Part shown: positions 54,544 through 58,162 of the stretch, piece after piece
How the letters are laid out: every line of letters starts with the position of its first letter
How positions within the stretch are numbered: the first letter of the stretch is position 1
NCBI RefSeq assembly: GCF_006345805.1
Contig: NW_021833581.1
Span: forward strand, 1-58,162
Direction: 5' to 3'
DNA from: Octopus sinensis
Lineage: Eukaryota
Length of the DNA stretch: 58,162 nt
Program-made: the position numbers and the translations under genes
The notes under the pieces: generated by a model
The model's input: the letters and a program-made list of their open reading frames with translations, nothing else
Databases searched by the model: none
What the model was told of the DNA's origin: nothing

Positions 54544-54998
54544 ATAATCTGTATTTTTGTTATTTTTTATTTGCCTGTCCGTGTGAGCTAACAATCGTAC
54601 TGACTTTCATGGGAACATATTATTTTCGTGGTTGAAACCTTTTGGATTAACTGGTGCTAGAGTGAGCCATATAGTGACCACTCTCTTATATTTATTTTGT
54701 AAAAATATTATAATATGTTATAAAATATTATAATAATCCAGGTTTCTCGGAGCACTAGGCCACTTGGTGTTGAATAGATATACTATTAAATTAGTATCTA
54801 ATTCTCTCACCCTTATTAATTAATTATAATTATGCTGCATTTATTTCTAAATGCTGTATTTGTTTTCCGTGAAAGTTTGGCGCGCTGTTAGTTGGGGCAT
54901 TTGAATTATAACGTCGGATGTAATCAATTGAACCACACGCGTATTTATCGTTATGGTAAAATCTGGCGTGTGATTGAGTGGATTTCATCCAGATAGTC

Positions 54999-55077
54999 TT
55001 GGCTGACGAGCTACAAATGGATTTTTTTTGTAAGTAAAATTACATTTAATTCATTAATAGCGAAACAATTGTCCCAA
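54999..55077 (+). ncRNA. Type-I HHR, monomer 3, intact
   Basis: TTGG-CTGACGA-GCTA-(44 nt)-TAGC-GAAA-CAATTG-T-C^-CCAA, with canonical GUC cleavage after 55073. Confidence 0.88.
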
Positions 55078-55243
55078 AATAATCTGTATTTTTGTTATTT
55101 TTTATTTGCCCTGTCCGTGTGAGCTAACAATCGTACTGACTTTCATGGGAAACATGTATTTTCGTGGTCGAAACCTTTTGGATTAACTGGTGCTAGAGTG
55201 AGCCATATAGTGACCACTCTCTTATATTTATTTATATTATATA

Positions 55244-55289
<46 letters not shown>

Positions 55290-55401
55290 TATATATATAA
55301 TAGACCGGAGTAAACACATAAATGTGAAACAAGGTGGAAAAAAGAGTACTCAAACCAGTGGTAGAGTAATATGCTTTATTTTAAGCAGCAGAAAATTCAA
55401 C

Positions 55402-55448
55402 AAAATCTGTTACTCTGAGTTTCTCGTTGCCGTTCATCAGACAGTTTT
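55402..55448 (-). ncRNA. Type-I HHR (left arm)
   Basis: Reverse complement of 57024-57070. Confidence 0.75.
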
Positions 55449-57023
55449 TGCTAGAATGGAACATATATAATTCAATCTATACTCTTACAAACGCTACACC
55501 TTTAAAAAGATGGACTTGTTTGATTGGCCCTTTAGAAAAAACGGTCAATCTTCGAGCGATAAACAAAAAGGTCAAAAATATATGTATATATATATAAAAA
55601 AACTTATAAAATTTATAAAATCCGAGGAAAAAACCGAGGAAAAAAACCTATTGCCGTTAATGAAGACAGTACAAATTAATGCATAGAAATTAAACCTGTT
55701 ATAAATACTGCAATACATATTTATATTAAAATCCACATATATATATCAACATACACAAAAGGATGCGCGTAAACGCCATACATACATATACAGACGTATG
55801 AATATGAATCTAAATTATACACATAAAAGCATGTGTACATATATTCACGCAAACCGTCTCCCACGCAAGCTAAAATTCATCTATGTAGCAATTCTCATAT
55901 ACTGAGCAAGGAGGGGGAACGAAAATCAAAAAATCAAAATACAAAATATATACTAATGAACTTATGTAGGCACGCGGCTAAATTTAAAATGTCGAATATA
56001 AATATACCATATGGATAGAGTATATATTTTGTATTTTGATTTTTTGATTTTGATTTTGACTCTTGAGCGCTACGACGGACCTATAGCAAAGTCTTATTGT
56101 TTCTACATATATATTAGGAAAAACCTACAAACTTTGTTTTCATGTTATTGTATTGCATAAGATTACCTTGATTATTTATATTACCTTGATTATTTATAAA
56201 TGACCCAAAATTGGATGTTATATTTTATTTTATATGTCTTTCGTATATATTTTTATTAATGCACCCATTTTTTAAAAGCAATGTTTTTTTTTAAAAAAAG
56301 CAATGTTGTCAAATTTAGAATGTTTATATAAGTTTGTGTATAGCAAAGCATATGTATTTGTAAGCATGCGTATCTGTGTATGTGTAAGTGAAAGTATGCT
56401 TGTGTTTAAGCACGCATACACACGACGGTATGTATATGTATCAATTCAAACTTGTGTATGTATACTGGCCTCTATAGATGCCAATAATATCGCTACAAGT
56501 TTTTCCCCACCCCTCCTTCGTTCCTTTTTCTCTCTTTTCCTTTCTTTCGTTCCCCCTCCTTGCTCAGTATATGAGAATTGCTACATAGATGAATTTTAGC
56601 TTGCGTGCGAGACGGTTTGCGTGAATATATGTACACATGCTTTTATGTGTATAATTTAGATTCATATTCATACGTCTGTATATGTATGTATGGCGTTTAC
56701 GCGCATCCTTTTGTGTATGTTGATATATATATGTGGATTTTAATATAAATATGTATTGCAGTATTTATAACAGGTTTAATTTCTATGCATTAATTGTACT
56801 GTCTTCATTAACGGCAATAGGTTTTTTTTCTCGGTTTTTTTCTCGGATTTTATAATTTTTATAAGTTTTTTTATATATATATACATATATTTTTGACCTT
56901 TTTGTTTATCGCTCGAAGATTGACCGTTTTTTTCTAAAGGGCCAATCAAACAAGTCCATTTCTTTTTAAAGGTGTAGCGTTTGTAAGATATAGATTGAAT
57001 TAATATATATGTTCCATTCTAGC

Positions 57024-57070
57024 AAAAACTGTCTGATGAACGGCAACGAGAAACTCAGAGTAACAGATTT
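57024..57070 (+). ncRNA. Type-I HHR (right arm)
   Basis: CTGT-CTGATGA-ACG-GCAA-CGA-GAAA-CTCAGAG-T-A^-ACAG, with a GNRA loop and an A-A mismatch closing stem II. Confidence 0.75.
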
Positions 57071-57096
57071 TGTTGAATTTTCTGCTGCTTAAATAA

Positions 57097-57139
<43 letters not shown>

Positions 57140-57569
57140 AATCAAGGAACGGCCATAATAGGCCATTCACCCACTAGAAATAACAGCCAAAGCTTCAACC
57201 GCAAATAAACATCAATTCCGTAAACCAGGAGAAAATTAAAAAACATTTACCCTGTAATTTCTTATACGATGCACCGTTTCATCTACTGTTTAATGGTAAA
57301 CTAACCTGATTAAATTGAACTTAAAAATGGTCTATGACTATTTAATTTTTTCCCACTAGGCCGCTGGTGGCAAAAAAATTCTATAAAATTTTTTGCCACC
57401 CTATATTGATTAATTATGAATTTTCTTGTTAATTCCGTAATGGAATCGGCGGCTTATATTTATTTGCTGCCGATAAATTTGGCGCGAGTGCGATGATTTG
57501 AAAATTTTAGGTCAGATATTGCCGAGGCAGGGTCGGAAATGCCTCGTGAAAATCTGTTCCGACTTGGCT

Positions 57570-57674
57570 ATTTCTTACTGATGATTCTAAGGGCCTATGA
57601 AGATTGGCTTGATTTAATTTAATCAGGTTAGTTTACCATTAAACAGTAGATGAACGGTGCATCGTATAAGAAAT
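57570..57674 (+). ncRNA. Type-I HHR with long stem II, unit 1 (GAA in place of GAAA)
   Basis: ATTTCTTA-CTGATGA-T-TCTA...TAGA-T-GAA(A)-CG-GTGCAT-CG-T-A^-TAAGAAAT, with an 8-bp stem I. Confidence 0.7.
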
Positions 57675-58052
57675 TACAGGGTAAATGTTTTTTAATTTTC
57701 TCCTGGTTTACGGAATTGATGTTTATTTGCGGTTGAAGCTTTGGCTGTTATTTCTAGTGGGTGAATGGCCTATTATGGCCGTTCCTTGATTGTGATGTTG
57801 AACTTAAAAATGGTCTATGACTATTTAATTTTTTCCCACTAGGCCGCTGGTGGCAAAAAAATTCTATAAAATTTTTTGCCACCCTATATTGATTAATTAT
57901 GAATTTTCTGGTTAATTCCGTAATGGAATCGGCGGCTTATATTTATTTGCTGCCGATAAATTTGGCGCGAGTGCGATGATTTCAAAATTTAGGTCAGATT
58001 TGCCGAGGCAGGGTCGGGAATGCCTCGTGAAAATATCTGTTCCGACTTGGCT

Positions 58053-58156
58053 ATTTCTTACTGATGATTCTAAGGCCTATGGAAGATTGGCTTGATTAAT
58101 TTAATCAGGTTAGTTTACCATTAAACAGTAGATGAAACGGTGCATCGTATAAGAAT
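58053..58156 (+). ncRNA. Type-I HHR with long stem II, unit 2 (core intact)
   Basis: CTGATGA at 58061-58067, GAAAC at 58134, GUA site at 58147-58149. Stem I 3' strand is missing one A. Confidence 0.75.
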
Positions 58157-58162
58157 TACAGG

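Larger units (their letters stand above)
53040..55230. repeat. Inverted partial copy (53040-53485) plus three head-to-tail ~535-bp monomers and a partial fourth
   Basis: Marker GGTGCTAGAG at 53600, 54119, 54653 and 55189 (periods 519, 534, 536). Confidence 0.95.
55378..57094. repeat. Long inverted repeat: ~550-bp arms around a ~620-bp spacer
   Basis: 55378-55924 is the reverse complement of 56545-57094, apart from small indels. Confidence 0.93.
57136..58162. repeat. Inverted 181-bp piece (57136-57316) plus a 483-bp tandem repeat running off the window end
   Basis: Units start at 57317 and 57800. 57136-57316 is the reverse complement of 57617-57795. Confidence 0.93.

Noticed and set aside
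57520-57600. HDV-like ribozyme fold for the pseudoknot region
   Set aside because: P2, P3 and L3 cannot be assigned in the required order.

Overview
AT-rich, microsatellite-dense animal DNA, most likely octopus (inferred from the tRNA-derived SINE families). One host gene is well supported: a + strand short-chain dehydrogenase/reductase of the BDH1/RDH/HSD17B6-like group. Four coding exons at 33831-44779 splice in frame; the first exon was not found. The rest is SINEs, LINE remnants (CR1/L2, RTE, RLE-type), a Penelope-like remnant, Tc1/mariner derivatives, Helitron-like elements and simple repeats. The main result is about 17 type-I hammerhead ribozyme (HHR) motifs, fitted by eye, from roughly seven sequence-unrelated repeat families. 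They are densest at 52.0-58.2 kb, where four consecutive blocks separated by (TA)n tracts each have an inverted or inverted-plus-tandem layout and their own HHR variant. These include ~535-bp and 483-bp tandem monomers (retrozyme-like) and a G3-C8 core variant. SINE copies in the first ~11.7 kb show CpG decay, hinting at a methylated minus-strand gene body. Cleavage activity and novelty are untested.
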